A DNA stretch of 63,113 nt, filler included, from Octopus bimaculoides (Eukaryota), in the NCBI RefSeq assembly GCF_001194135.2. It is 4 parts of 4 records of this genome, joined end to end, with 100 filler letters (N's around TTAATTAATTAA, not from the genome) between each part and the next. Parts side by side here need not be neighbours in the genome. Positions count along the whole stretch, not along the records: positions 40,410 to 60,568 come from NC_068998.1; 3 more parts are not named here. One strand, written 5' to 3'. Shown in pieces: positions 42,105 through 55,642 of the stretch. Under the pieces are notes generated by a model. It did not search any database. It was given only the letters and a program-made list of their open reading frames with translations, and had not been told where the DNA came from. The stretch's first letter is position 1. Each line of letters opens with the position of its first letter. The translations under genes and the position numbers were made by a program.

Positions 42105-42639
42105 AAAAGAAGAAAGATAGACATTTCAGAACACGCCACAGTATAACCATAACAATATAAGCGACACAACTTATTTTTATATTTTATCTCGTCCTTTGAC
42201 AATCTAGTGTCATTCCCACCAACTGGAGGAGTGCTGGGGGGTTGTTTCGTTATTTCTGTGAAACTTCTTGTTTAGAAACAATATGAACAAAGTACTAAAA
42301 TAAAAATATAAATAAAAAATCTGGAAGTCATCGCATCACGTTTTCGAAAGCGTGAGCACTACAGTATCGAGAATATTATGGATAGTTGTTTTTCTTCCCG
42401 CTGTCTTAGCTTCTCTGATAATTGTATCGTCTTTAAATGAATTCATATTTTTTTATATATATATATATTTCCCACATACCATGAATTTTTTTACACACTG
42501 ATTCACTTTTTCTCTCTCTCTTCCTCCCCGTCTCTCTCCTAATTTTCTTTTCTCTCACGTGTTGGCCTCCCTGCTGAAGTAGAAATTAATAAAATGAACT
42601 AACTATATATATTTGGGTAGCATATTATAAATTGATTTC

Positions 42640-42848
42640 AAATTTTAGCGCATGGCCAGTAATTTAGGGAGAGTGGTTAAGTAGAATACATCGACTCCAG
42701 TGCTCAACTGGTACTTAGTTTATCGATCCCGAAAGGATGAAAGGCGAAGTCAACCTCGGTGGAATTTGAACTTACAACGCGAGGACGTTCGAAATGCCAC
42801 TAAGGGTTTTGCCCGTCGTGCTAACGATGCTACTAACTCGCGCCCTTA
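42640..42848 (-). mobile_element. SINE family C monomer
   Basis: Body ...GAAAGGATGAAAGGCGAAGTCAACCTCGGTGGAATTTGAAC... matches the family. Confidence 0.85.
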
Positions 42849-43876
42849 GAGAGCATGCTGTACATTAGTTTAACAATGGTTATCATTAATGAATGAGTTT
42901 ACGGAAGAGTTTAGAGCAGTGTTTCTGATAGTAAAGAGGTTGTAGTAGAACTGTGAGAACTGGAAAGGAAAAAAACAAATTGCCATGATTTTTAAAACAG
43001 ATTTAGACGGTGTTTCCAACTTCTTAAACTTGTGAAAGAAAAGACAAGGATTATATGGGCGGAAATAGTGGAATTGTATCAGTGACTAGGCCACAGACAG
43101 TACGACGAAATTTTGGCACCAAGAAATAAATAAGTGACGAACTGAAGTTAACGATTTCTATGTGGTTTTTGAAAGGGTAGAATGAACATGGAACGTGGTA
43201 ATTGCTTCAACTTCAATATACGGTCCTAGATTCAATCACTTGCTAGACAAGTACTACTCCGAAATTTGAGAGCTTCTGACACGCTACCAAAGTCTTGTGA
43301 AACGCTGTTATATGATGCCTAAAGGAGATAACAACTATACAACAGCTCTACTTCATAAAAGAACACTGCAACTCTATTTTGCATTCTCGTTAGGAAAGAG
43401 GGAGACGGTGCAAAAACAAAAAAAATCCTTAAATGCAGGCGTATCTAGGTGTGAGTGTGTGGTAAGAGGTTAGCTTCTCAGCCACAACATTGTTTCGGAT
43501 ATCGACTTACCCCACCCCAAAATTGCAGGTCTTGTGCCAAAATTTGAAACTAATATCTTCAAATCTGATCGTGTGATTTGTCATTCCACGTCAGACTTTT
43601 CAACTTTACCAATTTAGGTGTAACTGCATGCGACAATAATTTACTGGACATGATAATACACATTATTTACATTGAATCAATGTGCACTTTTTCGTCAGTG
43701 ACAATCCTATCCAAGTTCTTCAGTATGACTCAATCAGCTTTCTTCCACGATGTCTATACATCCGGCATAGAATAGGTATCTTCAAAATATACCACAGTAG
43801 GAACTAGACAACTTAATAAACCAAGACTGCTAAAACATAGGCCCCGCACATTTCCACTTACTAGATNNNNNNNNNN

Positions 43877-43939
<63 letters not shown>

Positions 43940-43959
43940 GTCTACACGCACACACACAT

Positions 43960-44135
43960 ACACTCAGTTTATGGGGAAAAACTGCTTGAATGAAAGAACT
44001 TGCAGAAGATGGTTTGCAAAATTCAGAAGTGGAGATTTCAGCTTTGAAGATGAAGATCGAACAGGGCGTCCAGTTGAGTTTGAGGCATTACTTGAAGAAA
44101 ATCCTGCATTATCATTTGAAGAATTGGTAATAAAG
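43960..44135 (+). pseudogene. Mariner transposase N-terminal HTH fragment
   Basis: GKNCLNERTCRRWFAKFRSGDFSFEDEDRTGRPVEF is the typical mariner HTH region; cut by a SINE B 3' fragment. Confidence 0.88.
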
Positions 44136-44252
44136 CTTAGTTCAATAAGAAGTACTAGGCTTACAAAGAATAAGTCTTGGGGTCGATTTGCTCGACTAAA
44201 GGCGGTGCTCCAGCATAGCCGTAGTCAAATGACTGAAACAAGTAAAAGGATA
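44136..44252 (+). mobile_element. 3' fragment of SINE family B
   Basis: AAGTACTAGGCTTACAAAGAATAAGTC...GGCGGTGCTCCAGCAT...GAAACAAGTAAAAG. Confidence 0.88.
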
Positions 44253-44542
44253 AAGTATATTATTGATTTCTTTTGTACATTTGGTTCGAAATCGCATTGT
44301 ACTCAAGCAAATGCGATAGTGTTAATTATAGTTTGGTCGTTTCCTGTGATCGACAAATGTACAGAGGCTCTTCGTGTCAGCAGAATTAAGCTACGATGCA
44401 TTTTTATTTCCAGGAAGCGATGAGAGCAGTTGAATGCTCCTGGCAAATAGCTCCTGAACTTGCTACTTGGTTTCGTGTCAGTTGGGACCACTTTATCTCT
44501 CCTTTTCTCTGTTTGTATGTCCGCCTGTCTCTTTCTTTCTCA

Positions 44543-44576
<34 letters not shown>

Positions 44577-44612
44577 TGAAACCCCTCTTTCTACACACAT
44601 ACATACATACAA

Positions 44613-44682
<70 letters not shown>

Positions 44683-45150
44683 TTAATATATAAAACAGAG
44701 ATGGGCGTGTATTCGCTTTTCACGCGAAAACGGCTTCACCAAATGCATCCATACTTGTGATGCATGAATAATTTGACTTCGGACAAATAATAGGCTCTTC
44801 ATTTGATTTTTTTATTAAAAATTAAAAAAATATTGCTTTTTATATTACATTCTCGTCATTTAAAAAAAATTTACTTCCGGTTTTCTAGCGTCAGTGACGT
44901 AACAAATTTCCCTTTCTATATCTCTCTATCCATCTCTCTCTAGCTATCTCTATCTCTCTATAACATATCTCTCTATATCTTTTTATCTATATCTCTCTAT
45001 CTGTATCTTTTTATCCATCTCTCTCTATCTATCTCTATCTCTCTATCTCAATATCTATCTCTCTGTATTTATCTGTCTATATTTTATCTCTATCTATCTA
45101 TCTATCTATCTATCTGTCTATATTTCTCTTATTTGTCTGTCTAACTAGCT

Positions 45151-45255
<105 letters not shown>

Positions 45256-45520
45256 TCACTCTCTATTGTTTTCCCTTTCATTTTTCAGACGCTATCCTTT
45301 TCACTTTCAATTTTCAGATGCTATTGTGTTTTCACTTTAACTTCAATCGTTATTGTTTTCACTGTAACTTTAAGTCTTTAATTGCTATTTACAAACAAAC
45401 AACGACAAATTACTGACACAAAGAAGTTCACAGTTACTGAAGCAAGTAATTTCATAATTTATTGATAGAAGTGTCTCAAAAACATTTTCTTCAATCCGTA
45501 CGGTTTTGTGTTTTTCTGTT

Positions 45521-45724
45521 ACTCTTTTTTTTTTTACTCTTTTACTTGTTTCAGTCATTTGACTGCGGCCATGCTGGAGCACCGCTTTTAGTCGAGCAAA
45601 TCGACCCCAGGACTTATTCTTTGGAAGCCTAGTACTTATTCTATCGGTCTCTTTTTGCCGAACCGCTAAGTTACGGGGGCGTAAACACACCAACATCGGT
45701 TGTCAAGCAATGTTGGGGGGACAA

Positions 45725-45769
<45 letters not shown>

Positions 45770-45941
45770 CATATATACGACGGGCTTCTTTCAGTTTCCG
45801 TCTACCAAATCCACTCACAAGGCTTTGGTCGGCCCGAGGCTATAGTAGAAGACACGTGCCCAAGGTGCCACGCAGTGGGACTGAACCCGGAACCATGTGG
45901 TTGGTAAGCAAGCTACTTACCACACAGCCACTCCCGCGCCT
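45521..45941 (-). mobile_element. SINE family B, full length
   Basis: Near-identical to 53680-54049 and 57741-58168; internal (AC)n(AT)n. Confidence 0.93.
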
Positions 45942-46149
45942 GACGTTGCTGACGGTTTTTTTTCTGGTTTCTTCGATAGTGGTTCTTTGGTTCACTGAGT
46001 GACAAATTTCGCTTCAACCCTTACAATACTTTATTGTCCGTTAAAATTTCTTATTTACTTTTTCTGCCCGTCGTATTAAGAAACATAATTTCCGTTTCCA
46101 AGTTACTTTCATTGTTTACTATCTTCTGCACTCGTGTATTTCTGTATGC

Positions 46150-47544
46150 GCATATAACCATGCCCAGACAGCTGCAGAAAGAGAAGCATGCTAATAAACG
46201 AACTGACTGTGTACTACAAAGGTCAGAGCATCTCAAAGTGATGAACAGTGGTATGCACGACTGTGGACAATAACACTGGTGGGATCTTCTTAGATGCTCC
46301 TGGGGGCACAGGAAAGACATTATTGATCAACCTGCTCCTTGCCAAAGTGAGACAAAAGAAGATTGCTCTGGCTATTGCATCCTCTGAAATTGCAGCCACA
46401 CTCCTAACAAGTGGAAGAACAGCCCATTCAACATTCAAGCTGCCTCTGAATCTCATCCAAAATGAATCTCCTTTATGCAACATATCCAAGAATACAGCGT
46501 TAGCAAAGCTCCTTACAGATGCCAAACTCATTGTCTGGGATGAGGCAACAATGTCCCATAAGGCAGCCTTTGAAGCGCTTGATACAACACTACAAGACTT
46601 CAGAAACAATAAGAAGATCATGGGTGGTGTCGCCCTCCTCATGGCTGGTGACTTCAGGCTGCCTGTCATTCCCAGAGGAACAAAAATAAGATGAACTGAG
46701 AGCTTGCATCAAGTCCTCATATATCTGGCAATATGTCACGCAGCTTGCTCTAACAACCAGCATGAGGGTTCACATTCATGGTGACCCGTTAGCCGCATAC
46801 TTCTTGAACAAGTTACTTGATATTGGAAATGGAAAACTTCCACAAGATCCAGCAGATAGTCAGTCTGCAACGCCTCCTATGTGGCAATATGACTGCCTTC
46901 TTTGAAGAACTGAAAAGCAAGGAGTTTCCAAACATTGCCACAAATTATAAAAGTCACAAGTGGTTATGTGAAGGAACAATTCTGGCACCGAGGAATGATG
47001 CTGTCGACAAGCTAAATCTGTCAGCTTCCAGGACTTGAATGTTCATACAGATCAATTGACTTTGTCCCTGGTCAAGAACAGGCAACGCATTACCCAATGG
47101 AGTTCCTCAATTCACTTCAGCCACCAGGATTTCCACCACACATTCTGATCATGAAAACTGGTGCTCCCATAATATTATTAAGAAACCTTGATGCACCCAG
47201 ACTCCGCAATGGAACAAGGTTGGTTGTTAAAACAACCATACCCCATGTGTTTGGAAACAACAAAAATTACAGGCAACATGATGGTTGAGAATGCTTTCAT
47301 TCCAAGGATACCTCACGTCTCAAATGATCTCCCTTTTCAGTTCAAGAGACTGAAGTTTCTTGCCAAGCTAAGCTTTGCAATGTCTATCAGCAAAGCACAA
47401 GGTCAATCTCGAAAGGTAGTGGGACTTAACCTCCGTCAACCTTGCTTCTCACATGGTCAGCTGTATGTTGGATGTTCTAGAGTTGGAGATGAAAAGAACC
47501 CCTACATTGTCAGTGATAAACATGGCAAGACAGAAAACATATGA
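46150..47544 (+). pseudogene. Helitron PIF1-family (SF1B) helicase domain, frameshifted
   Basis: Motifs FLDAPGGTGKT (Walker A), GRTAHSTFKLP, LIVWDEATM (Walker B), GDFR-LPV, PPHIL...GAPIILLRNL...NGTRL, FAMSISKAQGQS and FSHGQLYVGCSRV across three broken ORFs. No Rep/HUH domain seen. Confidence 0.95.
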
Positions 47545-48003
47545 AGAAGCACTTACATGAATAGTATGTTCATATCATATACAGAAGTGTAAAACCATTC
47601 AGTGTTAAAGTAAATATTACTATTACACTTTCACTTTTCGACTGACATGCGTGAATGTATGTCTGAGCGTATACAAGTGAAACAATAACGTGATACATTC
47701 GCTGTCTGTTTGTGTGTGTGTGTACTCTACGCACGGCCTTTCATCGTTTATAATCTGTACCTGTTTTGGGGTTATGAAATAAATTAGACAAAACGTGTTT
47801 TTGAATTACGTGTATTTACTTTATATACATATGAGTTGAAAACTTTCTTGTCACATTTCACTTAACGTCTGTGTTCCATGCTGGCATGGGTTGGAGAGTT
47901 ATAAATGTAGAAACTACTAGTAGTTGAGACCTGCGTAATCTAGACGGCGTTTTAAAATTTCATTAGTTCCTTTAACCCGGGCAACGCCGAGTATTTCTGC
48001 TAT

Positions 48004-48115
48004 CGCCATGGTAGATCGCTAGCCACTAAACCTTTTTCTATTTTTTCTCCCTGATTTTTTTCTGTGTTCCTTTCTCTCAAAGAGCGTAGGCTCGAAACGT
48101 AAAAGACTTCCTCAC
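48004..48115 (+). mobile_element. Penelope-like terminal-repeat fragment (same family as 61390-61690)
   Basis: High similarity to the reverse complement of ~61435-61548; carries the AGAGCGTAGGCTCGAAACGT motif typical of Penelope-like ends. Runs into an N gap. Confidence 0.5.
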
Positions 48116-49104
48116 NNNNNNNNNNNNNNNNNNNNNNNNNNNNNNNNNNNNNNNNNNNNNNNNNNNNNNNNNNNNNNNNNNNNNNNNNNNNNNNNNNNNN
48201 NNNNNNNNNNNNNNNNNNNNNNNNNNNNNNNNNNNNNNNNNNNNNNNNNNNNNNNNNNNNNNNNNNNNNNNNNNNNNNNNNNNNNNNNNNNNNNNNNNNN
48301 NNNNNNNNNNNNNNNNNNNNNNNNNNNNNNNNNNNNNNNNNNNNNNNNNNNNNNNNNNNNNNNNNNNNNNNNNNNNNNNNNNNNNNNNNNNNNNNNNNNN
48401 NNNNNNNNNNNNNNNNNNNNNNNNNNNNNNNNNNNNNNNNNNNNNNNNNNNNNNNNNNNNNNNNNNNNNNNNNNNNNNNNNNNNNNNNNNNNNNNNNNNN
48501 NNNNNNNNNNNNNNNNNNNNNNNNNNNNNNNNNNNNNNNNNNNNNNNNNNNNNNNNNNNNNNNNNNNNNNNNNNNNNNNNNNNNNNNNNNNNNNNNNNNN
48601 NNNNNNNNNNNNNNNNNNNNNNNNNNNNNNNNNNNNNNNNNNNNNNNNNNNNNNNNNNNNNNNNNNNNNNNNNNNNNNNNNNNNNNNNNNNNNNNNNNNN
48701 NNNNNNNNNNNNNNNNNNNNNNNNNNNNNNNNNNNNNNNNNNNNNNNNNNNNNNNNNNNNNNNNNNNNNNNNNNNNNNNNNNNNNNNNNNNNNNNNNNNN
48801 NNNNNNNNNNNNNNNNNNNNNNNNNNNNNNNNNNNNNNNNNNCAACATACCCCTAACTGTCGCATATAAGACAGAATGCATTAGATCTTGTTCGAGATGT
48901 ATTCCTGAAAAGACGTGATAGTCATGTCTAGAAGGTCTTTAATCATAGGGCTTGCTCGATGAAAGCTAACCCAGGGCTGAACAATAGAAATAATAACAAC
49001 ATGGACTAAAAGTTGAAGAGTATATCTCTACGTGGTCGCTGATCGGTTAAAGATAGCAGCAAAAATCTCCTTTATATCACATCCTAACGTCTTGAATAAT
49101 AATT

Positions 49105-49655
49105 GTCCCAAATTTTGGCGCAAGGCCAACATATTTAGGTGAGGCATCGACTCCAATGCTAAACTAAATGATAAATTGGCGGAATTTGAACTCAGAGCAT
49201 AAACAATTCGAAGAAACGCCGGTCAGCCTGGAATTTGTTGGGTTGAATTTGTGGAGCCTGGAATTTGTGTGGTATATCGACCACAGTGCTTGACTGGAAC
49301 TTACCTCATCTATCCCGAGAGGAATGAAAGGCAAAGTCAATCACGGTAGAATTTGAACATTGAACGTAAAGATCAGAACGAAATGACGTTAAACATTTTA
49401 TCCAGCGTGCCAAGGATTCTGCCAGCTCGCTGCCTTAAAATCTTGAATAGTAGTCATTTCTAAACTTGAAATGTTGTGGGAGGGGCTAATCGATTACATC
49501 GATCCCAGTGTTTCACTGGTACTTAATTTATCATTTACGAAAAGATGAAAGGCAAAGTCGACCTCTACGGAATTTGAACTCAGAACGTAAAGACGGACGA
49601 AATACCGCTAAGCATTCTGTCCGATGTGCAAACGATTCTGCCAGCTCGCTACCTT
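49105..49655 (-). mobile_element. Cluster of three SINE family C copies or fragments
   Basis: Three GGAATTTGAAC B-box complements (~49180, ~49350, ~49570) and two intact heads (CTGCCAGCTCGC at ~49420 and ~49640). Confidence 0.88.
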
Positions 49656-49747
49656 AACGGTCTTGAATAATAATATTATGATATCCTTGATCATAAACCT
49701 GGTCAATCAAGTGTGACCTGTGGCTAAACAACAACTACAATAACAGC

Positions 49748-49916
49748 AACAGGAGTGGCCGTGTGGTAAGTAGCTTGCTTACCAACCACATTGTTCCGGG
49801 TTCAGTCCCACTGCGTGGCACCTTGGGCAAGTGTCTTCTACTATAGCCTCGGGCCGACCAAAGCCTTGTGAGTGGATTTGGTAGACGGAAACTGAAAGAA
49901 GCCTGTTGTATATATG

Positions 49917-49955
<39 letters not shown>
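49748..49955 (+). mobile_element. 5' half of SINE family B (ends in a gap at its internal microsatellite)
   Basis: CAGGAGTGGCCGTGTGGTAAG...GGGTTCAGTCCC...GAAACTGAAAGAAGCC(AT)n. Confidence 0.92.
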
Positions 49956-50869
49956 NNNNNNNNNNNNNNNNNNNNNNNNNNNNNNNNNNNNNNNNNNNNN
50001 NNNNNNNNNNNNNNNNNNNNNNNNNNNNNNNNNNNNNNNNNNNNNNNNNNNNNNNNNNNNNNNNNNNNNNNNNNNNNNNNNNNNNNNNNNNNNNNNNNNN
50101 NNNNNNNNNNNNNNNNNNNNNNNNNNNNNNNNNNNNNNNNNNNNNNNNNNNNNNNNNNNNNNNNNNNNNNNNNNNNNNNNNNNNNNNNNNNNNNNNNNNN
50201 NNNNNNNNNNNNNNNNNNNNNNNNNNNNNNNNNNNNNNNNNNNNNNNNNNNNNNNNNNNNNNNNNNNNNNNNNNNNNNNNNNNNNNNNNNNNNNNNNNNN
50301 NNNNNNNNNNNNNNNNNNNNNNNNNNNNNNNNNNNNNNNNNNNNNNNNNNNNNNNNNNNNNNNNNNNNNNNNNNNNNNNNNNNNNNNNNNNNNNNNNNNN
50401 NNNNNNNNNNNNNNNNNNNNNNGTGAACCCTCCCCCAAACAAAACCGCAGAAAAACTTTAGTCATGTTACGTCTTGTACGAATGAAACTTTCAAATCGCT
50501 ATTTCCACATGACACAGAATATACCACAGACATAAATATTCAACAAAATTAAAAGTACACTTTTAAATTACAATATACAATGCGTACACCCGCACAGATT
50601 TAAATTATTTACATAATTTCAAGTGGTTAAAATTAAAAAAATTATTTAAGATAACAGCAAAATTTCAAGTAAACAACGCATGAGTGTATGCATGCATTTT
50701 TCATGCATGTACGTGTGCGCGTATGAGTGTGTGTGTGTGTGTGTGTGTGTGGAGGGAGTACACGTATATGTGTTTGTGTGTTTTCTTTTTCTCTTTAATT
50801 TAGAGTTTTGACAAGTCCCCTGCGAAGTTGTGAAGGAAAGCATCTTGCTTTATTCATCATCCTTTAAAT

Positions 50870-53440
50870 CTTATTTTCCCTGATACTGTGATCAGTTGTA
50901 GCGTATGAGTCAGAGGGCTACATCCTCTCCCCAAGAATCCAAGTTCAGTCATACTTTATTCCAGGCGGGTTGTTGCATATCCTGTTCCTCCAATAACACT
51001 AACACAGTTTTTGTCCTTGGGTAGTAGTTGTTATTTCCTATTTAGTTACCCTTAAAAAGTATGAAAAATGGCTAATATTTCCTTCAAACTTTGCTTTTGT
51101 TACACTTATTCAAACCTTTCAACACATGGCTATGATGCTCCCCCACTACTTCTGCTCCTTATCAGAGATGCACACCAAGGGAGACGCTCAAAACACTGAC
51201 AAGCAAATCTGTGGTATTGAGCAGAATCTTTTCTATAACATTTCTACAAGCAACTCAGCAATGAAGTCGTCTGAAAGGCAATGGGAAATAGGTTAGTTTC
51301 AAGTCACTAACGCAAAATTTGAAGGTAATAATAGTCATTTCCTTTGATTTCTAGATAGAAGCAAATAAGAAAATAACACTGACCAAAGACAAAAAGAAAA
51401 AAATTGCTACACGGTATGAAACTGACAATGTATCTTGGGTACTAGATTTTCAAATTCCTTATGAATGGTTCGTGGAGTTTGCTTTTCTACTGTATTTTTC
51501 TAACCACACTGGATCTAGAGGGCAGCTGCTTTTCACAACAAAGCATGTATTTTTCTTGTGGTTCCACACAACAATATATTTGCACAATTATATTTGTTGC
51601 CTGTCAATATTCTCTACTTTTTCTGATTCAGGTAGTTGGCGAGGGTCTCTTCTTGAATTGCATGGGCATAGCCTGCAAGCGGGATGTAATAAACTTGTCG
51701 GTACGCCATACAAAGCTTTTGACGTGATATATTCCCTCTATGGCTTGTGTTTTTCGTGCTAAGTACCCACGTCCTGCATTCTCAGTGAACAGATTAACTT
51801 TTGAAAATTTTGTTCTTCTAAATAAGTAGAATTTGTCAATGCTCTTTGGGGAAAGATCTGCATCAGCTCTTATTTCATGCCTCTCTCCTGTGCTACAGAT
51901 GTTTCAGTGTTACAATACGTATTTCATATGATTTCATTACAAATTTAAAACCACAACTACCATCTATATCTAAGAAGTATAGACTGACTACATCTTCTAC
52001 TATTACTACGGCTGCTGCCGCCGCTCCTGCTGTTGCTGCTCGTATAACTACCATGTTTTGTGATCATGTATGATAAGGGATTTAATGAGAGAGCAAAGAG
52101 CATTACTGACAGGCTATCACCTTGAAAGACACCTTTCCTGTAGTGCATAGTGTTAGGTTTTGTCTTCGTTGTCACCCCAAAAAAGTAGGAAAGTGTACTA
52201 GTTTTTGGTTGGGTGGTGGATAGCAGCTACAGGTGGTGATGGGACTTTGGCTATTTGCGGTTCCTTGATAATCTACCCATGTTGTATAACAACAAAGGTT
52301 TTTCGGCCGTTCAGCCGTACCCTAGTCAAGTTTCTACGGTTCTTTCTTGTTCTTTACTTTATCGATTCATTGATTAATAGATACTTAGTACATTCCCGCA
52401 TTTCATTCTTTACCCAAGCTTGACCAGGAGTTGTAATATTGATGGTGGTACAGTGTTCCTGTAGAAACAATCTGAAGCAGCCAGTGTACATCTTATACTT
52501 GATGCTTTGACACGCGGTAATTTCTAACTTGGCTGTCATGGGATAAGGAAGATGAGCAGTTGTAACGTGCCCTTGATACTCTTTCTGTTGTTGTTGTTGT
52601 TGTTGGCACTCCGTCGCTTACGACGTCGAGGGTTCCAGTTGATCCGATCAACGGAACAGCCTGCTCGTGAAATTAACGTGCAAATGGCTGAGCACTCCAC
52701 AGACACGTGTACCCTTAACGTAGTTCTCGTGGATATTCAGCGTGACACAGTGTGACAAGGCTGGCCCTTTGAATTACAGGTACAGCAGAAACAGGAAGAA
52801 AAAGTTTGAGAAAGTTGCGGTGAAAGAGTACAGCAGGGTTCGTCACCATCCCCTGCCGGAGCCTCGTGAAGCTTTTAGGTGTTTTCGCTCAATAAACACT
52901 CACAACGCCCGGTCTGGGAATCGAAACCGCGATCCTATGACCGCGAGTCCGCTGCCCTAGCCACTGGGCCATTGCGCCTCCACTACTATTTCTGTACAGT
53001 ACTATTAAAATCTCTCCGATAAAAGTTGAGAATTTTTAGGCAATATCCTGTATAAGATTTGGGCCAGGAGAGTTCCTGTTAGTTTTTTTTTTTTTTAGGA
53101 CTGTTTCTAGTGCTGTTCCATTAATTTCGTAAAGTTTGTAGAATCCTTGTCATAATTCGTTTTTCTATTCAGCTTTTTCGTTAAATTAATCATTCCTTTT
53201 CCAAGCTGATCTCCAGTAATTTTTCCCTCGTTTTGTTGATGGGATGTTTTATTACTGATATTTTGTCATTTTTATTGAAGCTGCGATAGACTGATTTGGG
53301 ATCTCTAGCAGAAAAATCTATTCAGTGTTCAACATTCTCTGTTTATACTCAGTAGATTTATATTGTTATTCCTCAACTGTCGTTGTTCTTGTTTCAGCTG
53401 ATGTTCATCCTTTAACCGTTTCTGTGAATTTATAAATTCA
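50870..53440 (-). mobile_element. Heavily deleted R4/Dong-type (RT plus restriction-like endonuclease) non-LTR retrotransposon
   Basis: Minus-strand fragments in correct order: DPKSVYRSFN, NSPGPNLI, RKGVFQGDSLSVMLFALSLNPLSY, GYAHAIQEE, YPRYIVSFIP and IGGTGY...ELGF...LQLITVSG. Interrupted by SINE A (52589-52983) and another repeat (~51040-51260). Confidence 0.8.
52589..52983 (-). mobile_element. SINE family A inserted in the R4/Dong-type LINE, 12-bp TSD (11/12 match)
   Basis: TACTCTTTCTGT at 52577-52588 and TACTATTTCTGT at 52984-52995; (CAA)n tail. Confidence 0.95.
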
Positions 53441-53511
53441 TTGATAGTCTTGCACTTCATAACTATGATAATCTGTGAATATCTGTATTTCTGCATGTTT
53501 TTATATTTTGG

Positions 53512-53545
<34 letters not shown>

Positions 53546-53679
53546 TATTTTTCAAATTATGTGCCCAGCCCGGCTTCGGATGTTTGCCTTTGTCTTCGTT
53601 GTGCTGCTCCAACTCCTTTCAGTAGGCTAGCAGTGTTACTGCTGACACATTTATCAAAAGATTTATAGTTTCATATTGT

Positions 53680-54049
53680 TTTTCTTTTATTTTTTTCAGT
53701 CATGCTGGAGCACCGCCTTTAGTCGAGCAAATCGACCCCAGGACTTATTCTTTGTAAGTATAGTACTTATTCTATCGGTCTATCTTGCCGAACCGCTAAG
53801 TTACGGGGACGTAAACACACCAGCATCGGTTGTCAAGCGATGTTGGGGGGACAAACACAGACACACAAACATATACATATATATACGCCGGGCTTCTTTC
53901 AGTTTCCGTCTACCAAATCCACTCACAAGGCTTTCTTCGGCCCGAGGCTATAGTAGAAGACACTTGCCCAAGGTGCCACGCAGTGGGACTGAACCCGGAA
54001 CTATGTGGTTGGTAAGCAAGCTACTTACCACACAGCCACTCCTGCGCCT
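53680..54049 (-). mobile_element. SINE family B, near full length
   Basis: Matches 45521-45941. Confidence 0.92.
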
Positions 54050-54374
54050 ATGTTGATTCTGATTTAATAAACATGAGATAGTTTCCCGCTATTTCGTTTA
54101 TTACTCCGGTTTCACTTCAGAAGACATTTTTTGTTATGTTCGTTTAAATGGCCTGTTTTTTAAATTCAATATTTTGAACATACTACGGCGTATCTTCTCA
54201 CACCACTTTAAGAGAACTAAAAAGATCTCGATATTCCTATGTTTGTTCGATTAAGCTATTATTTGACTGCTTTTGTTTTCTTTCTGTGGTTGTACTTCGC
54301 TGTTGGTACTGATAGTATTGTTGTTGTTGGTTATTGGTTGTTCTATGATGGTTTAGCTTGGAAGAAGCAGACAG

Positions 54375-55642
<1,268 letters not shown>

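Noticed and set aside
46248-47544. Host PIF1 helicase gene
   Set aside because: Intronless, frameshifted, Helitron-type motif spacing and a downstream Helitron-like hairpin; it is a transposon relic.
49090-49675. CRISPR-like repeat-spacer array
   Set aside because: The spacers are homologous SINE copies, the context is eukaryotic and there are no cas genes.
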